Below are positions 49,300 through 59,028 of a stretch of 64,000 bases of DNA, piece after piece. The notes beneath the pieces were generated by a model. It worked only from the letters and a program-made list of their open reading frames with translations, ran no database searches and was not told the origin of the DNA. Source of the stretch: Byssovorax sp. (GTDB taxonomy: Bacteria; Myxococcota_A; Polyangia; Polyangiales; Polyangiaceae); the NCBI GenBank assembly GCA_040006075.1, contig JBDTXR010000002.1:1556-65555 (forward strand), in the 5' to 3' direction. Each line of letters starts with the position of its first letter. The first letter of the stretch is position 1. Both the position numbers and the translations under genes were made by a program.

Positions 49300-51591
49300 T
49301 CACCTGATTGAAGCGTCATGGGTCCTCGACGCGGAGGCGCTCCTCGCGCGCGGCGGCGGGGGCCGGCTGAGGAGGGACGGGTAGGCCCGCGTCGCGCCCG
49401 GGCTCGCGGCCGGGATCCGGAATCGCCACGTGGTCCCCCGGCCGCGGACCGTCTCGAGCTCCACCGAGCCCCCGAGATCGCGGCACGCGCCGCGGACGGC
49501 GCCGAGCCCCACGCCTCGCCCCGAGTACTCGGTGACGTCGCTCCTGGTCGACATCCCGTCGTGGAACAGCGCGGCCTCGAGGTCCTCGCGGCGATCGACC
49601 GGGAGCCCCGCCGAGCGCGCGCGCGCCGCCACCGCGCTCCAGTCGATCCCGCCGCCGTCGTCGCTGATCTCCAGCACCACGTCGGGGCCCTCGCGGAGCG
49701 TCGTCATCGCCAGCGAGCCCGCCGCGGGCTTGCCGGCGCGCGCGCGATCCGCGGGCGACTCCAGCCCGTGGTCGACCGCGTTGCGCACCAGGTGCACCAG
49801 CGTCGACCAGAACGGCGCCCAGCGCGCGGCGTCGAGGCGCACGCCGTTGGCCGCGACGCGAACGCTGGGCGTGGGCTTGTCGAGGCGCACCGCGAGGCTC
49901 CGCGCGTGCTCGGCGAGCCGGGTGAGGCGCCGCTCGGCGGGCTCGAAATCCAGGGATCCGAGCAGATCCAGGATCTCCCCGCGCGGGCTCCCGGCCAGGA
50001 GCAGATCGCGGATCGGCGTGAGACCGGTGACGCGGGGCGGGAGGGGGTCCGCGGGCGCGTCGCTGCTCATCGAGCACGCGGTCCTCGCGATCCACTCCCA
50101 GAGCAGCCGCAGCCGGAGCCGCTCGGGCGCAGGCGGCGCCTCGCCGCTCTCGGCGATCCCGCCCTCGAGCTCGTGGCAGAGCCGCGTCAGCCGGGGGAAT
50201 CCGAACATCCCGCTGGTGCCTTTGAGGGTGTGGATCTCCCTGGAAATCAAGCTCAATTCGTCGCCCGGGCCGCACTCGAGCACGTGCTTCACCAGCGGAT
50301 CGGTGTCGGCGAGGAAGGCGGCGAGGCCCTCGCTGTCGCGCCGCGTGCGCTGGAAGATGTTGAGCAGATCGTGCGCCTCTTCCTCGGCGCGCGTGCGCTC
50401 CAGCTCGTGGGTCACGTCCGACACCACCAGCATCAGCTTCACCAGCGCGTCGCCGCTCCGGATCGGCGTGTACGCGACGCGGAAGGTGTGGGCGCCGTGG
50501 TGGATCTCCTTCGGCATCTGATCGAGCGTGAGCTCGAGCGGGAGAAAATCGTCGACGATCGCCTCGAAACCAAGCTGGAACGACGCCGCGGCCTGCGCGT
50601 CGGTGGGCGCCAGGTAGCTCCAGAACGTGACCTCGCCGTCGGCCGGGCCGAACCACGTCGTCAGCGTCGCCGAGCGCTCGCGCGACATCACGCCGTCGAG
50701 ATCGACGGTGACGAAGCCTTCGCCGACGTGGTCGAGGACGACGCGCAGATCGTCGTTGCGCGCGCGGAGCTCCTCGGTGCGCGCCGCGACGAGCTGGCCG
50801 AGCCGCGCTTGCTCCTCGGCGGCGCTCCGCGAAATCCGGGCGAGCAGCCGCTGGATCTCCGCCATCATGTCGTTGAACGAGCGCGCGAGCTGGCCGACCT
50901 CGTCGGCCGAGGCGTCGGTGAGCCGGGGCTGCGAGAGATCGCCCGCGGCAACCGCCACGGCGACGCGCGCGACGGCGCGGACCCGCCCGCCGATCGATCG
51001 CGCGACGATCCACGCCGCGAGGAGGCCGAGCGCGAGCGCCGGGAGCGCGGCGAGCACCGCGGCGCGCCGGACCCGCTCGCGCTCGACGTCGATCGACGCC
51101 GTCGAGAGCTCGATCACCAGCGCGCCGCGCGGGCCCTCGCGCGAGACCACGGCCACGGTGGCGCGGAGGCGCGTCGGCAGCCGCTCGATCCGCGGCGTCA
51201 CGGGCGGCGTCACGGGCGCCGGCGCCGTCAGCTCGCCGACCACGTGGAGCGGCCTCCCTGCGGCCGTGTACAGCCCCATCGACAGCACGTCGTCGTCGGC
51301 CGTCGTCGCTTCGAACACCTCGCGCACCGTCTCTTGATCTTCGAACGCGATCGCCGACTCGACCTGCCGCGAGACCAGGCGCGCGTAGGTGTCGGCCTTG
51401 CGCTCGAGATCGCGGCTCGCCGCGGCGACGTGCTGCGCGGGGAAGTACGTCGCCAGGAAGGCCACGAGGGCCAGCATCAGGGCGCAGATCACCCCGAACA
51501 TCTTGAGCTGGATCGACTGGAGGGCGCACCGGAGAGCGCTCGTCGCGCGCGCGCCGGGCTTCGGGGTCGATCGGGACATTGGCATTTGCAT
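49300..51591 (-). CDS. membrane-bound CheA-type histidine kinase (2 TM + HAMP + PAS-like + HPt + CheA-type HATPase) without a CheW-like P5 domain
   Basis: ATG 51591 (GGAG 6 nt upstream) inside ORF 49300..51966(-). TM helices are MFGVICALMLALVAFLATYF and AAVLAALPALALGLLAAWIV. HAMP is ...AGDLSQPRLTDASADEVGQLARSFNDMMAEI. HPt is REIHTLKGTSGMFGF. The N-box is HLVRNAVDHGLE, G1 is DDGGGID and G2 is SGRGVGLG. The protein ends about 45 aa after the ATPase domain. Confidence 0.8.
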   Translation of the reverse strand: MQMPMSRSTPKPGARATSALRCALQSIQLKMFGVICALMLALVAFLATYFPAQHVAAASRDLERKADTYARLVSRQVESAIAFEDQETVREVFEATTADDDVLSMGLYTAAGRPLHVVGELTAPAPVTPPVTPRIERLPTRLRATVAVVSREGPRGALVIELSTASIDVERERVRRAAVLAALPALALGLLAAWIVARSIGGRVRAVARVAVAVAAGDLSQPRLTDASADEVGQLARSFNDMMAEIQRLLARISRSAAEEQARLGQLVAARTEELRARNDDLRVVLDHVGEGFVTVDLDGVMSRERSATLTTWFGPADGEVTFWSYLAPTDAQAAASFQLGFEAIVDDFLPLELTLDQMPKEIHHGAHTFRVAYTPIRSGDALVKLMLVVSDVTHELERTRAEEEAHDLLNIFQRTRRDSEGLAAFLADTDPLVKHVLECGPGDELSLISREIHTLKGTSGMFGFPRLTRLCHELEGGIAESGEAPPAPERLRLRLLWEWIARTACSMSSDAPADPLPPRVTGLTPIRDLLLAGSPRGEILDLLGSLDFEPAERRLTRLAEHARSLAVRLDKPTPSVRVAANGVRLDAARWAPFWSTLVHLVRNAVDHGLESPADRARAGKPAAGSLAMTTLREGPDVVLEISDDGGGIDWSAVAARARSAGLPVDRREDLEAALFHDGMSTRSDVTEYSGRGVGLGAVRGACRDLGGSVELETVRGRGTTWRFRIPAASPGATRAYPSLLSRPPPPRARSASASRTHDASIR

Positions 51592-51709
51592 CGAGGGCTC
51601 CACGCCTGAAGCGGCCCCCCGCTGCTCGACTTGAGCCCCAACGGGCCTCGCGGGCTGCGAATTCAAAGAATTCACGGCCGCCCCGCGGGCTGCGTGAGAA
51701 CATCGATCG

Positions 51710-53047
51710 ATGAGCTCTGGCCTCTCGATCCCCTCCGCCGCGACGCTCGCGTTGATCCTGACGGCGCTCCCGGGGTGCGGCGGGGGAGCCGCTACCACCT
51801 CGCAGGCGAGCGGCGCGGGCGGGGCGAGCACCGGGAGCAGCGTCAGCGCGGGCGACTCGTCCGCGGCGGCGGGCACCGGCGGATCGAGCAGCACGGGCAG
51901 CGCTGGCAGCGGCGGCGTCAACGTCGTCCCCGATCCCGGCCCCTCCACGTTCGCGGTCGCCGACATCGATCAGAACCGCAACCGCACCCTCGACACCTAC
52001 GCTCGCCACCGCGGCGCGCTGGATCGGTGCACCTTCTGGGCGGCGATGACCATCGTGGAGAAGGGGATCTTCCTGACCCACACCGACATGCTCGGTCACC
52101 GCTCTTGCCTCGAGAACGCCGACGTCCCGGCCGCGCAGATGGGCAACGGCGCCTGCACCCCGGGCTCGTGCAGCTGCCTCGACGCGGAGCCGTGCAGCTG
52201 CGCCGTCGGCTCGGCCATGGCGCTCGATCACGTGTTCTCGATCTGGGCCATCAACGGGAGCGACACCTCGTGCTGCGCGGGGGTCAACTGCTGCAACGGC
52301 GGGGGCGAGTGGCACCGGACCTTCTTCTCGGCCGACGACCGGCTGATTGCCTATTACCGGGACATCAACGCCGGTCTCCCCGAGTGGGCCCAGAGCAACG
52401 ATTTCAAGGGCCCTCACGCCCCGTTCACCCAGAGCAGCGAGACGGTCCCGGGCTCGCCGCGCGGGCAGACCCACTTCTGGAAGGCCGACGGCGACGCCAG
52501 CACCCTCCAGCGCAACGGCGTCGTCGGCGTGGTGGATCCGCACGTCGTGGAGATCGACAACGACTACAACTTCATCCACGACTCGAGCCCCGAGGGCTAT
52601 TACAGCTCGACGTACGGCCGCGCCGAGTACAAGCGCAACTGGAGCTGGCCGAGCGACGCCGGCAAGAACCGCGGCGATGGACTGCCCACCACCTTTGGCG
52701 GGAACGGCGCACCCAGCAACATCTCGGAGCTCGCCGGCGACGACACCTGGTCTCCGAGCTGCGCCGCGCCGGTGGTCACCGCGGTCACGGGGTCCGCCGG
52801 GATCCACCCCGGCGGAGCGATCGTGATCGCCGGATCCGGCTTCCTCGCGGCAGGAAACCGCATCTTCGTCCGGACCCGGAGCATGGCAGTCGCCCTCGAC
52901 GCCAAGACCTCGAAGCTGGTGCTGGCCGAGGCGACAGACCACCTCGACGTCCAGCTCCCGAAGGACATCGGGACCGGCGAAGGGTTCGTGTACGTACAGA
53001 TCGCCGGGGTGATCACCAACGTGCTCCCGGTGACGATCGCGCCCTGA
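51710..53047 (+). CDS. lipoprotein with a Cys-rich central domain and a C-terminal IPT/TIG-like domain
   Basis: Lipobox is LTALPGC. A Gly/Ser-rich linker follows. The central region is Cys-rich (CSCLDAEPCSC, SCCAGVNCCNGG). The C-terminal ...PVVTAVTGSAGIHPGGAIVIAGSGF...GFVYVQIAGVITNVLPVTI resembles IPT/TIG. No enzymatic family recognised. Confidence 0.65.
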   Translation: MSSGLSIPSAATLALILTALPGCGGGAATTSQASGAGGASTGSSVSAGDSSAAAGTGGSSSTGSAGSGGVNVVPDPGPSTFAVADIDQNRNRTLDTYARHRGALDRCTFWAAMTIVEKGIFLTHTDMLGHRSCLENADVPAAQMGNGACTPGSCSCLDAEPCSCAVGSAMALDHVFSIWAINGSDTSCCAGVNCCNGGGEWHRTFFSADDRLIAYYRDINAGLPEWAQSNDFKGPHAPFTQSSETVPGSPRGQTHFWKADGDASTLQRNGVVGVVDPHVVEIDNDYNFIHDSSPEGYYSSTYGRAEYKRNWSWPSDAGKNRGDGLPTTFGGNGAPSNISELAGDDTWSPSCAAPVVTAVTGSAGIHPGGAIVIAGSGFLAAGNRIFVRTRSMAVALDAKTSKLVLAEATDHLDVQLPKDIGTGEGFVYVQIAGVITNVLPVTIAP

Positions 53048-53056
53048 AGCGGGCAA

Positions 53057-53084
53057 GAAAAAGCCCCGTTTCCCGCAGGAAACG
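53057..53084 (-). terminator. probable intrinsic terminator of ettA
   Basis: The stem is cgtttcc (53067-53073) pairing with ggaaacg (53078-53084), with loop cgca. On the minus strand it is followed by GGGC and TTTTT (complement of aaaaa at 53057-53061). It lies 30 nt after the ettA stop. Confidence 0.45.
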
Positions 53085-53113
53085 AGGCCTCTCCCGTTCT
53101 CGTTGCCTCTCGC

Positions 53114-54784
<1,671 letters not shown>

Positions 54785-54915
54785 GGTTCCCTGCCTTTTC
54801 ACCGGCGCCCGGCCGAGATCGCCCGCCTCCATACGGCGAGCGCGCCCGCGGTCATGCGATTGAATGGCGCGACGGTCAAGCTCTTGGTCCCGAGCGCAGC
54901 TCGGCGACCCGACGA

Positions 54916-56334
54916 TCAAAGCTCGGTCGAGCCCTCGGCCTCGTGCGCGGTCGTCGCGATGGAGCCGTCGACCGGCACCGGCGGCAGGAGGAATCGTCCG
55001 GCGATCAGCGCGCTCACCCCGGAGATCGCCGAGGCGATCAGCACTCCGATCTTGGCCGCGCCCAGCATCGGGCCCGCAGGAAACGCGAGGTTGGCGATGA
55101 AGATCGCCATGGTGAAGCCGATCCCGGCCACCACGCCGACCAGGGTGACACCGCGCCAGGTGACCCCGCGCGGCCGCGCAGCGAGCCCGAGGCGAACGGT
55201 GATCGCGCTCGCGGCGACCACGCCAATCAGCTTGCCGAAGACCAGGCCGAGGACGACGCCGACGATCACGCCGGCCGACGCCGAGTCGGTCCAATCGACG
55301 CCTCGGAGATCGACCCCGGCGTTGGCCAGCGCGAAGATCGGCATGATGCCATAGGCGACCCAGGGGTGGAGCGCGGCCTCGAGCCGGACGACCGGCGGCA
55401 CCGCCTCGCGCTGCGCCTGCTCGATCCGCGCGAGCGCGTCGAGGAGATCGCGCGCGTCGTGGCCTGCGACGTGGCGGCGGCGGACCTCGTCGATCGCGTC
55501 GTCCACCGTCGCGAGGAAGCCGCGCTCGCCGAACCAGGCTTTCGCTGGCGTGAGCAGCCCGAGGATCACCCCGGCGATGGTGGGGTGAACGCCGGTGACC
55601 AGGATGCCCGCCCAGAGCACGACGCCCGGGATCACGTAGGCCGCGGTGCTGCGCACCCCGACGCTGCGGAGGAGGCCCACGCCGCCGAGGCCGAGCCCGG
55701 CGATCGCCACGCCGGTCCACGAGAAGCTCGATGAATAGAAGACGGCGATGACGATGATCGCGCCGATGTCGTCGATGATCGCCAGCGCGAGCAGGAGCAC
55801 GCGCACCGCCGCGGGGACGCGCTTGCCGAGGAGCGCGAGGACGCCGACGGCGAACGCGATGTCGGTGGCCATGGGCACGCCCCAGCCGCGCTTCGCGGGC
55901 GCGCCGTGGTTGACCGCGAAGAAGATCGCCGCCGGCACCAGCATCCCGCCGAGCGCCGCGGCGATCGGGAGCGTCGCGCGCTTCACGTCCGAGAGCTCGC
56001 CGTCGTGCATCTCCCGCCGGATCTCGAGGCCGACCACGAAGAAGAAGACGACCATCAGCGCGTCGTTGATCCAGAAATGAAGGGGCTTGCTCGCGCTGAA
56101 GCCGCCGGCCCCGATCGAGATCGGCGTGTGCCAGAGGTGCTCGTACGACGAGCGAAGCGGGGAGTTGGCCCAGACCAGCGCGACCAGCGCGGCGGTGAGC
56201 AGGAGGATGCCGCTGGCCGCCTCGACGTGGAGGAAGCGCTCGATCGGGCCCGTCACTCGCTGCAGCGCGCGCCGCGCGGGCGACAAGGCGCCGGGGGGCG
56301 CGTCGAGAACAGGAGGAGTCGCGGGCCTGGACAT
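54916..56334 (-). CDS. nhaA: Na+/H+ antiporter NhaA
   Basis: [29 protein letters not shown] and [25 protein letters not shown] are the NhaA signature. The protein is polytopic. Confidence 0.9.
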   Translation of the reverse strand: MSRPATPPVLDAPPGALSPARRALQRVTGPIERFLHVEAASGILLLTAALVALVWANSPLRSSYEHLWHTPISIGAGGFSASKPLHFWINDALMVVFFFVVGLEIRREMHDGELSDVKRATLPIAAALGGMLVPAAIFFAVNHGAPAKRGWGVPMATDIAFAVGVLALLGKRVPAAVRVLLLALAIIDDIGAIIVIAVFYSSSFSWTGVAIAGLGLGGVGLLRSVGVRSTAAYVIPGVVLWAGILVTGVHPTIAGVILGLLTPAKAWFGERGFLATVDDAIDEVRRRHVAGHDARDLLDALARIEQAQREAVPPVVRLEAALHPWVAYGIMPIFALANAGVDLRGVDWTDSASAGVIVGVVLGLVFGKLIGVVAASAITVRLGLAARPRGVTWRGVTLVGVVAGIGFTMAIFIANLAFPAGPMLGAAKIGVLIASAISGVSALIAGRFLLPPVPVDGSIATTAHEAEGSTEL

Positions 56335-56482
56335 GAGTTGACCGTGAGCGGGAAAGGGGACGGCGCCAGATCGCTCGGCGAATTCTGAAAGACTTTTTCG
56401 AGCCGTAGCATGGGTTCAGCGCCGGGCGCGAGAGGTCGCGCGCCAGGCCGCCGACGCCCCGCGGAGCAGCGAATCGGCATCT

Positions 56483-56496
56483 GTTTGACCTCAAAC
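56483..56496. promoter_or_regulatory. palindrome copy 1: GTTTGA-cc-TCAAAC (candidate operator)
   Basis: Read directly from the sequence. It lies in the nhaA / Cys-rich-lipoprotein divergent intergenic region, inside a local AT-rich patch. Confidence 0.5.
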
Positions 56497-56577
56497 GATC
56501 TCGACGCCGGCGGCGAGCGGGCGGAGCCTCAGCGCCGCGGCTGGCGCCGGGGGTTCCGCTCCCTGGCGGAAAAAATC

Positions 56578-56591
56578 GTTTGAGCTCAAAC
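56578..56591. promoter_or_regulatory. palindrome copy 2: GTTTGA-gc-TCAAAC (candidate operator)
   Basis: Read directly from the sequence. It is preceded by aaaaaatc, lies 95 bp centre-to-centre from copy 1 and 76 bp upstream of ATG 56667. Confidence 0.5.
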
Positions 56592-56666
56592 AATCGCGCG
56601 AGCAGTCGCGCCGCTCGCGTGTTAGGAAAGCAGACGATCGCCCTCAAAATATCGGGAGTCAGAGCA

Positions 56667-56939
56667 ATGAGAACCTGGGTTGCATGGGTCGTGACGGCGC
56701 TGTTCCTGGTGATCGCCGGGTGCTCGCCCGCGCCGAAGAACGTGGCGTGCTCCAACGACGGCGAGTGCCAGAAGGACGACGCGCGCTTCCACTACTGCCT
56801 CGAGTCGCGCTGCGTGGAGTGCGTCGGCAGCGCGAGCTGCGGCGAGGGGCGCACCTGCACCGACGGCGCCTGCACCTGCTCGTCCGACGTGGGCTGCCCC
56901 GGCCAGCGCTGCGACCAGGGCGTGTGCAAGGCGCGCTAG
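56667..56939 (+). CDS. small Cys-rich lipoprotein
   Basis: GGGAG lies 8 nt before ATG 56667, inside ORF 56580..56939. Lipobox is LFLVIAGC. The mature ~70 aa carry 12 Cys in repeats of the type C.....C....C ([39 protein letters not shown]). Confidence 0.65.
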   Translation: MRTWVAWVVTALFLVIAGCSPAPKNVACSNDGECQKDDARFHYCLESRCVECVGSASCGEGRTCTDGACTCSSDVGCPGQRCDQGVCKAR

Positions 56940-57066
56940 GGGCACTGATTCACGATGTCACGACGGATCCCTTCGCAGCGCCAGGCGGCCGCGTGCGCGC
57001 CTGGACTTGATCGGCGGACCCGTCTAGGCTCGACGGATTGGGGCCCGCTCGCGTGAAGAAGATCTG

Positions 57067-57465
57067 ATGCCGGCGAGCGGAATCGACGAGCAGGTGCGGC
57101 GCTTCCTCGCGACCCACGTCAGCTCCATCGAGCAGCTCGAGGTGCTCCTGCTCCTCCGCGCGAACGAGGGCCGGGAATGGAGCGCGGAAGAGTGCAGCCG
57201 CGAGCTCCGGTCGGACCGTCGCTGGATCGAGGAGCGTCTCGGCGATCTCGCGGCGAGAGGCTTCCTGGTCGCGCACGAGATCGAGGCCGTCTTGAAGTAC
57301 CGTTATGCGCCGACGCCCAGCGACGCCCGCGCGCTCGTTGATGCAGTGGCGAAAGCCTACAAAGAGCGGCGCCACGGCGTGATCAACCTCATCTACGGAA
57401 AGATCGAGAGCGACGCCGTGTCCTTCTCCGACGCGTTCGCGTTCATCAAGAAGAAGGGAGGATGA
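57067..57465 (+). CDS. hypothetical cytoplasmic protein, possible winged-helix DNA-binding fold
   Basis: 132 aa. SIEQLEVLLLLRANEGREWSAEECSRELRSDRRWIEERLGDLAARGFLV reads like a MarR/wHTH-type segment, but this is a by-eye call. Its stop lies 4 nt before the next ATG. Confidence 0.55.
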   Translation: MPASGIDEQVRRFLATHVSSIEQLEVLLLLRANEGREWSAEECSRELRSDRRWIEERLGDLAARGFLVAHEIEAVLKYRYAPTPSDARALVDAVAKAYKERRHGVINLIYGKIESDAVSFSDAFAFIKKKGG

Positions 57466-57469
57466 AGGG

Positions 57470-57730
57470 ATGGCCGAGGCCGTGTACATCCTCTGCGCGC
57501 TGACCAGCGCGCTCTGCATGGTGCTGCTGCTCCGCGGCTACTTCGAAAAAAAGGTCCGTCTGCTCCTCTGGGCCGGCCTCTGCTTCGCGGGCCTCACGGT
57601 CAACAACGTCCTCCTGTTCGTCGATCTCGTCGTGCTGCCGAACGTCGATCTCTCGCTGCCCCGGAACCTCTCGGCGCTCGTGGGCGTATCCCTGCTGGTC
57701 TATGGGCTCGTCTGGGACACGCGAGAATGA
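57470..57730 (+). CDS. small three-helix membrane protein (paralogue A)
   Basis: 86 aa, very hydrophobic. It shares LLLRGYFEKKVRLLLWAGLCFAGL with FFLRFWRKTGDRLLAAFSLAFGL of the next gene. It may belong to a DUF family of small membrane proteins, but I am unsure which one. Confidence 0.6.
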   Translation: MAEAVYILCALTSALCMVLLLRGYFEKKVRLLLWAGLCFAGLTVNNVLLFVDLVVLPNVDLSLPRNLSALVGVSLLVYGLVWDTRE

Positions 57731-57773
57731 GCAGACCCGAGCGAAACCCGTCGCCGTCGCGCGCGAGGAACCC

Positions 57774-58052
57774 ATGAGCCATTTCGTCGAAGGTGCGATC
57801 ATGATGGGCCACGCCATCGTGGCGCTGTTCTTCCTCCGCTTCTGGAGGAAGACCGGCGACCGCCTCCTGGCGGCCTTCTCGCTCGCGTTCGGGCTGATGG
57901 CGGTCGTCCGCGTCCTGCCCAGGATCGTGCCTGTCTCGGGCGAGCACACCCACTACATGTACGTGCTCCGGCTCCTCGCCTACGTGCTGATCCTCGCCGC
58001 GATCATCGACAAGAATCGATCGGCGGTGCAACTGGCACGCTCCGGCGAGTGA
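57774..58052 (+). CDS. small three-helix membrane protein (paralogue B)
   Basis: ATG 57774 is preceded by GAGGAA, inside ORF 57702..58052. 92 aa, paralogous to 57470..57730. Confidence 0.6.
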   Translation: MSHFVEGAIMMGHAIVALFFLRFWRKTGDRLLAAFSLAFGLMAVVRVLPRIVPVSGEHTHYMYVLRLLAYVLILAAIIDKNRSAVQLARSGE

Positions 58053-58084
58053 GCCGGGACTCCGGCCCGGACCGGAGGAAATTA

Positions 58085-58098
58085 GTTTGAGGTCAAAC
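58085..58098. promoter_or_regulatory. palindrome copy 3: GTTTGA-gg-TCAAAC
   Basis: Read directly from the sequence. It is flanked by aaatta and gaatag, in the 91-bp convergent gap between 58052 (+) and the MscS gene stop at 58144 (-). Confidence 0.45.
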
Positions 58099-58143
58099 GA
58101 ATAGCGCCTCACCGGAGCGCCGCTCCCGCGGCCGCCCCCGCGA

Positions 58144-59004
58144 TCAGGCCGGGGCAGGCACGCCCACGGACGCGCCGAGCGCGGCCGCCGCGACCCGGCG
58201 GTGGAGCACCGCGGGGGGCAGCACGCCGTGCTCGCGGAAGGCCTCGATCACCCGCTCGGTCACGTCGGTCTCGAAGGCCTTCTCGTACTGCACGTCGAGC
58301 ACGTAGGCCTTGGCGCGGAGGCGCACCGCGAAATACTCGCCCTGGATCACCTGGTTCACCAGCACCACCCAGGGCTTCTGGAGGTACACGTAGCGGTTCG
58401 AGATCAGGCACTCTTCGACGAGGCGCTTCGCCGAGGCGACGTCCTGATCGACGCCGACGAAGAAGTCCATCTGGATGAGCATGTCGAGCGCGCCCCAGTT
58501 CCCCGAGGACACCATGTCGGTGAGGAACTTGTTGTTGGGGATGGTGACGACGTTGTCGTCGAGCGTGACGAGGCGGACGCTGCGCAGCCCGATGGCGCTG
58601 ATCTCTCCGTAGGTGCCGCCGAAGGTGACGCGGTCGCCGACCTGGAACGGCCGGTCGATGATGATGATGATCCCGGCGAGCACGCTGGCGGCGAGATCCT
58701 TGAGCGCGAAGCCGATGGTGACGGCCGCGGTGCCGGTCAGCGCGAGCACGACCTCCTTGGAGAGGTTCACCGCGAGCCCGGCGGCGACCGCGATGCCGCC
58801 GAGGTACATGACGAAGCGGGTCAGCGTCGCGACCTGGTTCAATGCCAGGCGCCGGTGGGCGAACTGGTTACCAAGGCGGGTGAAGACGCCGGTGAGAAGG
58901 CGGACGACGAACCACGTGACGAACAGCGCCACGGCCCCGGAGATGACGCCGGAGACGCGGATCATGTCGACGACGTTGAGGTCCTTGACGGCGGTGGGAT
59001 CCAT
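58144..59004 (-). CDS. small-conductance mechanosensitive channel (MscS family)
   Basis: Three TM helices, then IIIIIDRPFQVGDRVTFGGTYGEISAIGLRSVRLVTLDDNVVTIPNNKF, the MscS beta-domain signature. It starts 24 nt downstream of the preceding gene's stop. Confidence 0.85.
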   Translation of the reverse strand: MDPTAVKDLNVVDMIRVSGVISGAVALFVTWFVVRLLTGVFTRLGNQFAHRRLALNQVATLTRFVMYLGGIAVAAGLAVNLSKEVVLALTGTAAVTIGFALKDLAASVLAGIIIIIDRPFQVGDRVTFGGTYGEISAIGLRSVRLVTLDDNVVTIPNNKFLTDMVSSGNWGALDMLIQMDFFVGVDQDVASAKRLVEECLISNRYVYLQKPWVVLVNQVIQGEYFAVRLRAKAYVLDVQYEKAFETDVTERVIEAFREHGVLPPAVLHRRVAAAALGASVGVPAPA

Positions 59005-59028
59005 CGGTTGTGCGTCTTCCGGCGGGCG

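Noticed and set aside
49316-53056. 1246-aa ORF on the minus strand, and similar giants: 39805..44505(+) 1566 aa, 21001..23574(-) 857 aa, 10846..14274(+) 1142 aa, 5605..7254(+), 6483..7919(-).
   Set aside because: Their translations are dominated by Arg/Pro/Gly/Ala runs. They overlap genes with clear family signatures in another frame or strand. They are typical stop-codon-poor shadow ORFs of a 70%-GC genome.
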